A stretch of 64,000 nucleotides of DNA. Source: Gemmatimonadota bacterium (GTDB lineage: Bacteria; Gemmatimonadota; Gemmatimonadetes; Gemmatimonadales; GWC2-71-9). This document shows positions 1 through 7,818 of this stretch, piece by piece. Both the position numbers and the translations under genes were made by a program. Position 1 is the first letter of the stretch, and each line of letters begins with the position of its first letter. Below the pieces are notes generated by a model that was not told the DNA's origin, did not search any database, and worked only from the letters and a program-made list of their open reading frames with translations. The DNA lies in contig QHUS01000050.1 of NCBI GenBank assembly GCA_003222035.1, forward strand, positions 43,064-107,063, written 5' to 3'.

Positions 1-472
1 CCTGACAGGAACGCTCGTTGCCCGACACGACGGTGACGCCGGAGGGAAGCCATATGCAGTACAGCGAGTTGGGCGTCGCGGCGGGAAGGGATTTGCGCGC
101 CACCTGTCGCTCGAGCATCTGCTGGATCGCGCTGTCGCTCACGCTCGAGGCGGGCGCCGGGTCGGTGATGGTCGCCGTCCCGGTGTAACGTCCGTGCACG
201 ATCGCCTGCTCGGGCGTGTTGTATTCGCTGAGCTGATCTAGGTAAGCGCTCGAGACCACGAACTGGAGAAAGCCGTTCAGGCCTTGCACCAGGCTTTGCT
301 GAGCCGGGTCCTGCCATGCCGCGCCCCAGAACACGCTGAACACCTGCACCGACGTGAGAAGCGGGCCCCCACGATACGTGAGCTGGGCGGCCGGTGCCTT
401 CGCGGGGCGGCCGGGGACGAACAGCTCGCTGGGACGGTGCAGCGGCACGATGCGGATCGGGCGAGCGGTCAT
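1..472 (-). CDS. conserved hypothetical protein, N-terminal part (gene continues past the left edge)
   Basis: ATG at 472-470 preceded by GGGAGA. The frame is open to position 1 (MTARPIRIVPLHRPSELFVPGRPAKAPAAQLTYRGGPLLTSVQVFSVFWG...). It starts 9 nt after the stop of the 482-1096 gene, so likely the same operon. Confidence 0.55.
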   Translation of the reverse strand, partial: MTARPIRIVPLHRPSELFVPGRPAKAPAAQLTYRGGPLLTSVQVFSVFWGAAWQDPAQQSLVQGLNGFLQFVVSSAYLDQLSEYNTPEQAIVHGRYTGTATITDPAPASSVSDSAIQQMLERQVARKSLPAATPNSLYCIWLPSGVTVVSGNERSCQ

Positions 473-481
473 GGCTTCTCC

Positions 482-1096
482 CTAAGGCCCCGGTGGCGTG
501 TCGACCTTGTACACCGGATGCAGCTCCCAGAGCGCCCGCACGGACGAGTTGCAGCGGCCGTGCTGGCTCGCGCGGGCCCCGCCGTTGGTGCGCTTCTGGT
601 GATAGCCGTCGAAGAACGCCGCACCGGTGAAGCTGACGAGGACGGGCATCGCGAGGTCGCCGGCCGGACTGAGCTGCAAGGTGTCGACCAGCGCCGCCAG
701 GTGACCGCGGGCCGCGCCGTACGGGCTGCCGTACGCCGGGGATGGAATCTCGACGACGATGCAGGACGTGGGAACGGGACTCGTCTCCTCCTCCGTGATC
801 TCGATGTGCCAGTCTCCGTCCTGCTCGTGCAGCCGGATCCGCCGCACGAACGCCGTCACCGAATAGAGGTTGAGCTCGCGTCCAGCGCGCGCGGCGCAAC
901 GGTCCTGCGCGGTGAGGGCGCGCGGGGACCAGGTCAGAATATCCGAGACAGCGACCGTCGTAGGCGGCTTGCTTGCAAACGTCGAGTCGACCTTTTCGCT
1001 CCAGCGGTAATGGGGCTCGCTGCACCCTTGTCCCCGCGCCGTGCGCACTGCGAGGAGCGCGAGGACGACGAAGGCTGCGAGCGGGAGGCGGGTCAT
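482..1096 (-). CDS. exported hypothetical protein
   Basis: Internal ATG (codon 93 of track ORF 482..1372) gives MTRLPLAAFVVLALLAVRTARGQG, a Sec-type signal peptide. The upstream part of the track ORF is Arg/Pro-rich junk. Confidence 0.6.
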   Translation of the reverse strand: MTRLPLAAFVVLALLAVRTARGQGCSEPHYRWSEKVDSTFASKPPTTVAVSDILTWSPRALTAQDRCAARAGRELNLYSVTAFVRRIRLHEQDGDWHIEITEEETSPVPTSCIVVEIPSPAYGSPYGAARGHLAALVDTLQLSPAGDLAMPVLVSFTGAAFFDGYHQKRTNGGARASQHGRCNSSVRALWELHPVYKVDTPPGP

Positions 1097-1141
1097 GGGC
1101 GGTCGTGCCGGAAACCTACCGCTGCGGGACGCGGCGCGGGC

Positions 1142-1585
1142 ATGCGATCGACGCATGCGGGGCTCAGGACACTCGGCGCGCTGTTGTTCGGCGCGTGCTC
1201 GGGCGCGGGGACCGGGGGGCGCGCTCCCCTCCCGCCAGGCCCGGGCGGCCCGGCGGATGTCGCGGCGGTACGACTGTTCGACAAGAACGACGCCGAGCTG
1301 ACATTCCACATCCCGCTCCCCAAGGGTGACACGGTGCGGATCGAGGTCCGCACGTACGCCCCCGACGGTCATCAGATCACGCCCGTCACGGGTGGTGCCG
1401 AGGCTGCGTTCAGCTTCGATCCCGCTTTCCTCGCCTCCTCCCGTCCGGTCACCGGCATGCCGTTATTCGGCAACGTGACCGCGACCGCCCCTGCTGGGGC
1501 AGAGGGTGCGATGACCGTGACGCTCCTGTTCCTCGCCGATTCGAGCGCGAAGACTTTCACCGGCTTCCCGGTCCTGGTCCATTAG
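1142..1585 (+). CDS. putative lipoprotein
   Basis: Last 147 codons of track ORF 284..1585. It starts MRSTHAGLRTLGALLFGACSG (signal peptide with a lipobox-like FGAC), followed by beta-rich sequence. Confidence 0.5.
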   Translation: MRSTHAGLRTLGALLFGACSGAGTGGRAPLPPGPGGPADVAAVRLFDKNDAELTFHIPLPKGDTVRIEVRTYAPDGHQITPVTGGAEAAFSFDPAFLASSRPVTGMPLFGNVTATAPAGAEGAMTVTLLFLADSSAKTFTGFPVLVH

Positions 1586-1661
1586 CCGATCGCGGGCGGC
1601 TCGCATCGCTGCGGTCCTGTCACTCGCCGCGCCGGCCCTGGCACGCGGACAGCACGAGCAC

Positions 1662-2828
1662 ATGACGCCGCCCGCGCCTACACCGGCCCGGCCGGTCGAC
1701 CTCTCGATGCGCCGGATGGGCTCGGGCACTGCCTGGCTCCCCGATTCCGGTCCGCTCCCCGGGCACCACGTAATGCTGGGCGACTGGATGGTGATGGTCC
1801 ACTACAGCCTGTTTCTTCAGTACATCCGCGAGTACGGCACGCGGGGCGCCTACCAGGTCGGCAGCGTGAACTGGGTCATGCTGGCCGCCGCGCACCCGCT
1901 CGCAGGCGGCGCGCTGCGTCTGCGCGCGATGGCGAGCGCGGAGCCATGGACGGTGGGCGCCAGAGGATATCCGGAGCTGCTGCAGGTCGCCGAGCCGTAC
2001 CAGGGCGATATAGTGACCGATCACCAACACCCGCACGAGCTCCTGTCGGAGACGGCGGTGCAGTACGACCGCGCGGTCGGATCGGACCTCGCGCTGTCGA
2101 TCTACGGTGGCCCCGTGGGAGAACCCGCGCTCGGCCCCGTGGCCTACATGCACCGCCCGTCGGCCGAGTACGATCCCGTGGCACCGCTCGGGCATCACCT
2201 ACAGGACGTCACGCACACGAGCTTCGGGGTGGTCACGCTCGGCGCGTTCACGCGTGCCGTGAAGCTCGAGGGGTCGGCGTTCAACGGTGCGCACCCTGAC
2301 GAGAACCGTACCGACTTCGATCCCCTGCGGCTCGACTCGTATTCGGGACGCCTTACCGTGAATCCGGGCCCCGAATGGAGCGTCGCGGGATGGTTCGGGC
2401 ACTTCGCGCCGCAAAGCGGCGCTCATGCGCACGAAGCGTTCGACCGGGTCGGCTTATCCGTGATTCATGGACGCCGCGACTGGTCGAGCACGTTGGTCTG
2501 GGGGGCCAACATCGAGAACGGGCAGTTGAGGAACTCGGTCCTCGTCGAGAGTACGCGGCAGCTGGACCGCGTGAACGCGATCTTCGGGCGAGCGGAGTAT
2601 GTGCGCCGCACGGCTGAGGAGCTGGCACTCGTCGGCTCGGTGAGTCCGTTGCTCGACATCGGCGCGCTCACGCTGGGCTACGCGCGCGGGATCGGGCGCT
2701 ATCGCTCAGTTCTCGTCACGGCAGCAGCGCAGGGAGCGGTGCGGTTCCTGCCGGAGGAGTTGAGCCTGTTCTACGGAAGCAGGAATCCCCTGGGGGTGGC
2801 GATCTCGCTCAACATCCGACCGGACTGA
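1662..2828 (+). CDS. hypothetical exported protein, possible outer-membrane beta-barrel (true start probably upstream, see findings)
   Basis: 388-aa ORF with alternating beta-strand-like segments and His-rich loops (DHQHPHE, GAHAHE). A signal-peptide-like sequence lies in frame upstream of the first ATG. Confidence 0.55.
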   Translation: MTPPAPTPARPVDLSMRRMGSGTAWLPDSGPLPGHHVMLGDWMVMVHYSLFLQYIREYGTRGAYQVGSVNWVMLAAAHPLAGGALRLRAMASAEPWTVGARGYPELLQVAEPYQGDIVTDHQHPHELLSETAVQYDRAVGSDLALSIYGGPVGEPALGPVAYMHRPSAEYDPVAPLGHHLQDVTHTSFGVVTLGAFTRAVKLEGSAFNGAHPDENRTDFDPLRLDSYSGRLTVNPGPEWSVAGWFGHFAPQSGAHAHEAFDRVGLSVIHGRRDWSSTLVWGANIENGQLRNSVLVESTRQLDRVNAIFGRAEYVRRTAEELALVGSVSPLLDIGALTLGYARGIGRYRSVLVTAAAQGAVRFLPEELSLFYGSRNPLGVAISLNIRPD

Positions 2829-2864
2829 CAAGCCCAGCCCGCACCGTAGTCCTCACCCCCTGTT

Positions 2865-2888
2865 CCCCTCTCCCTTCGGGAGAGGGGG
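2865..2888. terminator. perfect 10-bp GC hairpin with UUCG loop between convergent genes
   Basis: cccctctccc-ttcg-gggagagggg at 2865-2888, flanked by more C/G runs. It sits between stop 2828 (+) and stop 2924 (-). There is no U-tract. Confidence 0.45.
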
Positions 2889-2923
2889 GGAGGGGGGGGA
2901 CGAATGATCAGATTCGGGTGAGG

Positions 2924-3376
2924 TCAGCGCGCGCTCGCCGTCTTGGTCGGATCGTCCTTGGCGTTGACGTAGGTCAGCACGAACGGCCCCATCGCATGCA
3001 CTTGCACGACGGTCTTGCCGCGCGCGATCGCATAGTGGTGCATGTTGGCGCCGACGGTTCCGAAGCCGCCCGGCTGCAGCGCGGTGGCCTTGGCAGCCGA
3101 GAGCTCGTCACCCATCCCGAGCAGGAAGGTGCCGGAAATCACGGTGAGGTACTCATCCGTCGGGTGGAAATGCGGCGCGACGCGGTAGCCGTCCGGTAGC
3201 TCGAGCCGCACCGTGAACAGGCCTGGTTGGCTCGGGTCTCCCGCGAGCACGGCCATCTTGGCGCCCGTGGGGAACACCGGAGGAGCAGGACCCCACGCGA
3301 GCGCGGGCGCCTGGGCGCGCAGCGCGAGAGGCAAGCAAAGAACGGCGAGCGCAACGAGGGCAATACGGGAACGCAT
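2924..3376 (-). CDS. cupin domain-containing exported protein
   Basis: Internal ATG (codon 42 of ORF 2924..3499) gives signal peptide MRSRIALVALAVLCLPLALRAQA. Cupin-like motif VAPHFHPTDEYLTVISG...HH. GGGAGG Shine-Dalgarno upstream. Confidence 0.75.
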   Translation of the reverse strand: MRSRIALVALAVLCLPLALRAQAPALAWGPAPPVFPTGAKMAVLAGDPSQPGLFTVRLELPDGYRVAPHFHPTDEYLTVISGTFLLGMGDELSAAKATALQPGGFGTVGANMHHYAIARGKTVVQVHAMGPFVLTYVNAKDDPTKTASAR

Positions 3377-3481
3377 TGAGACCTCCCAGAGCGTGTGATG
3401 GATATGAGTGGACGTGAAGAGTAGAGAGCCTGGACGAACGCCGCGTCGCCCGGGCGGGCCAGGGCGTGAGGGCGACGAAAC

Positions 3482-3499
3482 GTGGCCCGTTCGGGCCAC
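3482..3499 (-). terminator. 7-bp GC stem / tetraloop hairpin downstream of the LuxR-family gene
   Basis: On the minus strand gtggccc-gaac-gggccac followed by gttt. It lies 16 nt after the stop at 3515. Confidence 0.4.
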
Positions 3500-3514
3500 C
3501 CGGATCGGGTGGGT

Positions 3515-5173
3515 CTAGAGCAAACCTTGCTGGGCAGCGTACGCCGCGGCGGCGGCGCGCGACGTTAATCGGAGCTTGGTCAGCAGGTTGGCCACGTGGC
3601 GCTTGACGGTATGGTCGCTCAGGCTCAGGCGGGCGGCGATTTCCGGGTTACTCAGCCCTTGGGCGATGAACCGCAGGATCTCGAGCTGGCGCCGGGTGAG
3701 CTCCCCTTTGCCGCGCGCCCTCGGCGCGGCACTGAGACGAGCGAGCCAGGCCTTGGCGCGGTTCGCGTCCCGCTCCGCCCCCAGGCCCTGGAATGTCTGG
3801 AACGCCCGCCGCGCTTCCCGCTCCGCCGCGGCGCGCTGCCCGCTCCCGCCCCCGCCCCCGAGCGCCACCAGGGCGTCGACGAGATCGAGGCGCGCGCGTG
3901 CCGCCTCGAACGGTGCGCCGCTCTCCTCGTAGAGCGTGGCCGCCTGCTCGAACCGAGCCGCCGCCGCCGCCGGGTGGCCCTGATGGCGGAGCAGGACTCC
4001 CGCCGTCGACTCCGCGGACGCGGCGAGCGGGGGGGTGCCCAGAGCGTCCGCGATCCGCCGCAGCTCGTCACGGGCGCGCTCGGCGGCGGGCCAATCGGCA
4101 CGCTCGGCCCGCGCCCGGGCTACAAGCTCCAGGGCGCCGGCCCGTGTCGTGGGCTCGCCGTCGCCCACCTGCGCCAGGAAGCGCTCCGCGGCGACCGCCG
4201 CCTCGTCCGGGGCCCCGCGATCGAGCGCCAACGCCGCCTGCCCGAGGCGGGCGACGGGCTGCGACTCCGCCTGCTCGAACAGCTTCGCCGCCTCTTCCAC
4301 ACGACCCTGCCGCCGGCGCAGCTCGCCGAGCCGGGCGAGCGCCTGCACCGCGAGCGGCGGGCGGGAAAGCTCGAAGTCCCGGCTGGCCGCGCCGAGCTCG
4401 GCCTCCGCGTCGGCCCAGCTGCCGCGCCAGATCAACACGCCGGCGTATTGCGTGCGGCAGATCGCCGACAGGGGTCGCAGCTGCCAGCGCTTGCTGAACT
4501 CCTGGACGCGGGCGCACCATTGGGCCGCGCGCTCGTAGTCGCGCACTCGCTCGCACGCGAAGATCTGCCAACAGCACACGACCCCGACCGTGTGGAGCTC
4601 CTTCACCTCGCCGGCGGTGGCGGCGGCGCTCGCCTCGTCCAGACACCGCATACCGCCGGCCACGTCGCCCGCGCTCACGCGCGCCAGTCCCTCGAGGGCG
4701 AGACCCGTGAACTCGAGGCCGCGGTCGCTCGTGGCGCGGCCTAGCGCGGCGGCGCGCACCCCGAGTTCGCGGGCGGCCGCTGGGTCGTGGCCGCGAAATA
4801 GCGCGAACTCGCCGTCGCGCAACAGCAGCCAGCCGTACTCGGCGGTTTGCTCGTGGCCCGCGAGCATGCGGCGGGCGCGTTCGAGCCACCCGGAGGCGAC
4901 GGCGGTATCACCGCGAAAGGCGAGGGAATCCCACGCGAGCCAGAGCGCCACGCGGGCGGCCCCCAGGGGATCGTCCTGGTCGCGGTAGAGACGGAAGGCG
5001 CGCTCGCGCGCGTCGAAGGTGAGCGCGGCGTCGTCGAGCCACCACGCCACGAGGCCGAGCTGCTCGAGAGCCTGAGGCGTTTCGCCAGCGGCTTGAAAGT
5101 GGGTGCGCGCCTCTGCCCAGGCGCCGCGGTCGAACGCTTGGATGCCGGCGGCGAACGGATCGATGGAGGTCAT
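3515..5173 (-). CDS. LuxR-family transcriptional regulator with long TPR-like helical N-terminal region
   Basis: C-terminal HTH LTRRQLEILRFIAQGLSNPEIAARLSLSDHTVKRHVANLLTKL. Ala/Leu/Arg-rich repeat helices precede it. No ATPase motif seen. Confidence 0.85.
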   Translation of the reverse strand: MTSIDPFAAGIQAFDRGAWAEARTHFQAAGETPQALEQLGLVAWWLDDAALTFDARERAFRLYRDQDDPLGAARVALWLAWDSLAFRGDTAVASGWLERARRMLAGHEQTAEYGWLLLRDGEFALFRGHDPAAARELGVRAAALGRATSDRGLEFTGLALEGLARVSAGDVAGGMRCLDEASAAATAGEVKELHTVGVVCCWQIFACERVRDYERAAQWCARVQEFSKRWQLRPLSAICRTQYAGVLIWRGSWADAEAELGAASRDFELSRPPLAVQALARLGELRRRQGRVEEAAKLFEQAESQPVARLGQAALALDRGAPDEAAVAAERFLAQVGDGEPTTRAGALELVARARAERADWPAAERARDELRRIADALGTPPLAASAESTAGVLLRHQGHPAAAAARFEQAATLYEESGAPFEAARARLDLVDALVALGGGGGSGQRAAAEREARRAFQTFQGLGAERDANRAKAWLARLSAAPRARGKGELTRRQLEILRFIAQGLSNPEIAARLSLSDHTVKRHVANLLTKLRLTSRAAAAAYAAQQGLL

Positions 5174-5210
5174 CGGCCCGGATAACTTAGCACGGCGCAG
5201 GCGCTCGGTA

Positions 5211-6116
5211 TCAGGCCCGCAACGGTGTGATCCCAGTCACCCGTAAACGACCGGCGATCACCGACGTTTCAGGCAACCAAGGAGCGTCCCCATGTTCACG
5301 ACCCAATGGGCCCGGCTGCGGACCGAGTCGAGCGCCCCGCTGCGACGCGGCGCATGGTATCGAGTGCTGCGCCTGACGAATTCCGACGCAGTGCTCGACG
5401 TGAATCAGCGTCCCATCAACGTGCCCCGGCCGGCGCTTCAGATTGCCTCCCATCCGCCTGCCACTTGGGGGATAGTTCCCCGTCCGGTGAATGCGCGAAG
5501 CCTGCCCTCGACCTGGGGTGCGCGGTACGCGGTCTGCCCGAAGTGTCACGCGCGCGCATCGCTCCCGAAGGGACCAGTGGCGATGCGCTGCACGCGCTGC
5601 GGTGGGGCGTTCGACGTCGGTTGTGTGCACCATCTTCCATTCTCCACCTTGCTTCTCCAGCACCAGCGTGATCGCGACCGGAGTGGCCGCGGCCTCGATC
5701 CCCTGCGCGATCTCCCGTGAGGTCCCCGCCGGAATCACGGGTTCTCGGTACCAGTAGAAGCTCGCCACCGCCACCGCCCCATTGCCGTAGAACTTCACCA
5801 GCCGGTCGCGCGCCTGGGTGAACCACTGCAGCCCGGGCACGAGTTTCTTCTGCACGTCGTACTGCGCCTGCTGGGCCCGCATGTTCATCGCTTGGTCGGT
5901 CTGCCGCCCGGCGGGCGCCGTACCGACCCACACGCGGTCGGGCGCCATGAGCTTCGCCTGCGCTACCATGTCGCCGGCGTCTTCGGTCTGGCCGTACTGA
6001 TCAATGACTTTGTTGACAGCATCGACGTCGGCCCGGTTTTGCGCGGTGAGGGCGGACACCGAACCGGCGAGACCGCACACCAGCAGGCAGCAGGCGGATT
6101 GCGTTAACCGTTTCAT
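5211..6116 (-). CDS. NTF2-like (SnoaL/DUF4440-type) exported protein; the recognisable domain ends near 5619 and the ORF runs on to 5211
   Basis: Signal peptide MKRLTQSACCLLVCGLAGSVSALTA. Domain ends ...LVLEKQGGEWKMVHTT, the same ending style as the 11718 gene. The last ~135 codons are antisense to the 5292 gene. Confidence 0.6.
   Translation of the reverse strand: MKRLTQSACCLLVCGLAGSVSALTAQNRADVDAVNKVIDQYGQTEDAGDMVAQAKLMAPDRVWVGTAPAGRQTDQAMNMRAQQAQYDVQKKLVPGLQWFTQARDRLVKFYGNGAVAVASFYWYREPVIPAGTSREIAQGIEAAATPVAITLVLEKQGGEWKMVHTTDVERPTAARAAHRHWSLRERCARVTLRADRVPRTPGRGQASRIHRTGNYPPSGRRMGGNLKRRPGHVDGTLIHVEHCVGIRQAQHSIPCAASQRGARLGPQPGPLGREHGDAPWLPETSVIAGRLRVTGITPLRA
5292..5720 (+). CDS. uncharacterised zinc-ribbon protein (paralogue of 24856..25215)
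   Basis: AAGGAG Shine-Dalgarno. About 45% identical by eye over ~110 aa to the 24856 gene (WARLR, PLRRGAWY, VPRP, YAVCPxC...AMRCxxC..FDV). The tail after aa 110 has no counterpart. Confidence 0.65.
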   Translation: MFTTQWARLRTESSAPLRRGAWYRVLRLTNSDAVLDVNQRPINVPRPALQIASHPPATWGIVPRPVNARSLPSTWGARYAVCPKCHARASLPKGPVAMRCTRCGGAFDVGCVHHLPFSTLLLQHQRDRDRSGRGLDPLRDLP

Positions 6117-6127
6117 CGTCCGGTCTC

Positions 6128-7624
6128 CTAAGCAGTCGTTGCCTTCTTGCGAGCCGCGTTGCGCACTGCCGCAAGGCGCAGCGTGGGCAGCTCGTTGAAA
6201 TTCGCCACGCGGGCGTACATCTCCCGCGCCTTCGCGTGGTTGCGTTTTCCTTCGTAGGCGCGGGCCACCGCGTACAGCACGTACGGGTCGTGCTGGTCGG
6301 CCTGGTCTAAATGCGTGAGGGCTCCCGTGTAGTCGTGTGCCGCGAGCGCGATCAACCCCATGAGCTCGTGTCCCTGACGCGCTTTGTCGGGATGCGATCC
6401 CTGCGCCGCGCTGTCGGCATACGCCTTGGCTTCGCGCCGGGCGTCGGCGAGCTTGCCGCGCTTGAGTGCCACGCGCGCGAGCTGCGCCCGGTGCTCGATG
6501 CGCGCATCGGCCTTGACCGCGGCCGGCAGGTTCGAGGCCTCCGTCATCCGGAGTGCGTCCTGATACTGCTTCGCCGCTTGATCGGGGCGGCGCGCCTCGA
6601 GCTCGACATTGCCGATCAGAATGGCGTCGTTTACCATGGCCGGCACGTCCTGGCCCCGCTTGGCCACCGCGTAGCTCGCGCGGAGCTGTTGGATCGCCCG
6701 GTCGGCGTAGCCACCGTCCAGGTCCACGATCGCCATGTTGATCAGCGCCCCGCGCCGCTCTCCGTCGTCTCTCGCGCCTTTCACCAACTTTTGCACCTCG
6801 GTCACCGCCGCGGCGTTCTTCCCTTGATACATCAGGTTCGCGGCGATACCCACACGTGACGAGTTGAAGTGCGGATCCAGAGCGAGCGCCTGCTTGTAGT
6901 TCTCTATCGACTCCCGATACCGGCCCATCTTGAGCAGCAGCTCGGCATACGAATCGTACGGATTGGGCTCGTTCGGGATCAGGGCGATGTAACTCTTGAA
7001 GGCTCGCTCCGCGTCGTCATAGCGGCCGGCGAGCTTGTACGCATAGCCCAGCCCGTTATAGGCCGGAGAGAAGGTGGAGTCGAGTCCGATCGCGCGTGTG
7101 AAGCCGGTTATCGCCTGGTCGTACGCCTGCTGCCCGCTGTGTGCGAACCCGAGCAGGAAATGTGGCCGGGGGTCTTTGGGGTAGGCCGCCGCGGCCTGCT
7201 CGAGGTAGCGAACCTGCTGCGCCGGCTCCGCGTCCACACCGGCCTGCAGCGCCTGGATAAGAAAGCGCTCGCCGTCCGACGCCTTGCTCTCGAGCGCCAC
7301 CGCGCGGTTCAGATGCTGGAAGAACGCCTGCGGCGTGGCTGCGTCGATCGCGAGGTAATAGTGAGCCAACGCGAAGTTCGAGTCCTTCGCGGCCGCGAGC
7401 TCGAAATGCTTCCGCGCGTCGGTGAACCGTAGCCTGTCGAAGAGATCGAGGCCGGTCACATAGTGCTGTCGCGCCTCCGCCGACGGTGTGGTGATCGGGA
7501 TGGTCGCCGCTGCCGGGGGCGCTCCGGACGCCGCGGCGGACTTCTTGCCGCCCGGTTGGGGTCCGCACGCTACCACCCCGAGCAGCAACAACGGCAGGGG
7601 CCGCACTGTCGCGTGGTACGTCAT
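6128..7624 (-). CDS. TPR-repeat lipoprotein (~498 aa)
   Basis: Internal ATG (codon 30) with AGGAGG Shine-Dalgarno. MTYHATVRPLPLLLLGVVAC lipobox. Multiple TPR-like repeats. Paralogue of 41301..42827. Confidence 0.8.
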   Translation of the reverse strand: MTYHATVRPLPLLLLGVVACGPQPGGKKSAAASGAPPAAATIPITTPSAEARQHYVTGLDLFDRLRFTDARKHFELAAAKDSNFALAHYYLAIDAATPQAFFQHLNRAVALESKASDGERFLIQALQAGVDAEPAQQVRYLEQAAAAYPKDPRPHFLLGFAHSGQQAYDQAITGFTRAIGLDSTFSPAYNGLGYAYKLAGRYDDAERAFKSYIALIPNEPNPYDSYAELLLKMGRYRESIENYKQALALDPHFNSSRVGIAANLMYQGKNAAAVTEVQKLVKGARDDGERRGALINMAIVDLDGGYADRAIQQLRASYAVAKRGQDVPAMVNDAILIGNVELEARRPDQAAKQYQDALRMTEASNLPAAVKADARIEHRAQLARVALKRGKLADARREAKAYADSAAQGSHPDKARQGHELMGLIALAAHDYTGALTHLDQADQHDPYVLYAVARAYEGKRNHAKAREMYARVANFNELPTLRLAAVRNAARKKATTA

Positions 7625-7642
7625 AACCGCCTCCTGGAATTG

Positions 7643-7684
7643 AAAAACCGGCTGCGTGAGTGTCCGTATCCCCCACTCAGCCGG
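7643..7684 (-). terminator. intrinsic terminator / possible attenuator hairpin 19 nt upstream of the TPR lipoprotein start
   Basis: Minus strand: ccggctgagtggg-loop-ctcacgcagccgg (12 pairs plus 1 internal mismatch) followed by TTTTT, then caattccAGGAGGcggttATG. Confidence 0.5.
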
Positions 7685-7818
7685 TCTCGCGATTCGCTCC
7701 CCTCGAGGCATGGGCGATCCGCACAGGGCGCGCCTCGGGGTTCATAGCATCTGAGTCGAGGGCTAATATGCTCCGCGCGAGGTCGACCGCAAGCGATGAC
7801 GGGAGCCCACCGCGCGCT

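Noticed and set aside
284-1585. 433-aa plus-strand ORF
   Set aside because: The first ~286 codons are antisense to the 1-472 and 482-1096 genes. Only the last 147 codons (from ATG 1142, with signal peptide) look like a real protein.
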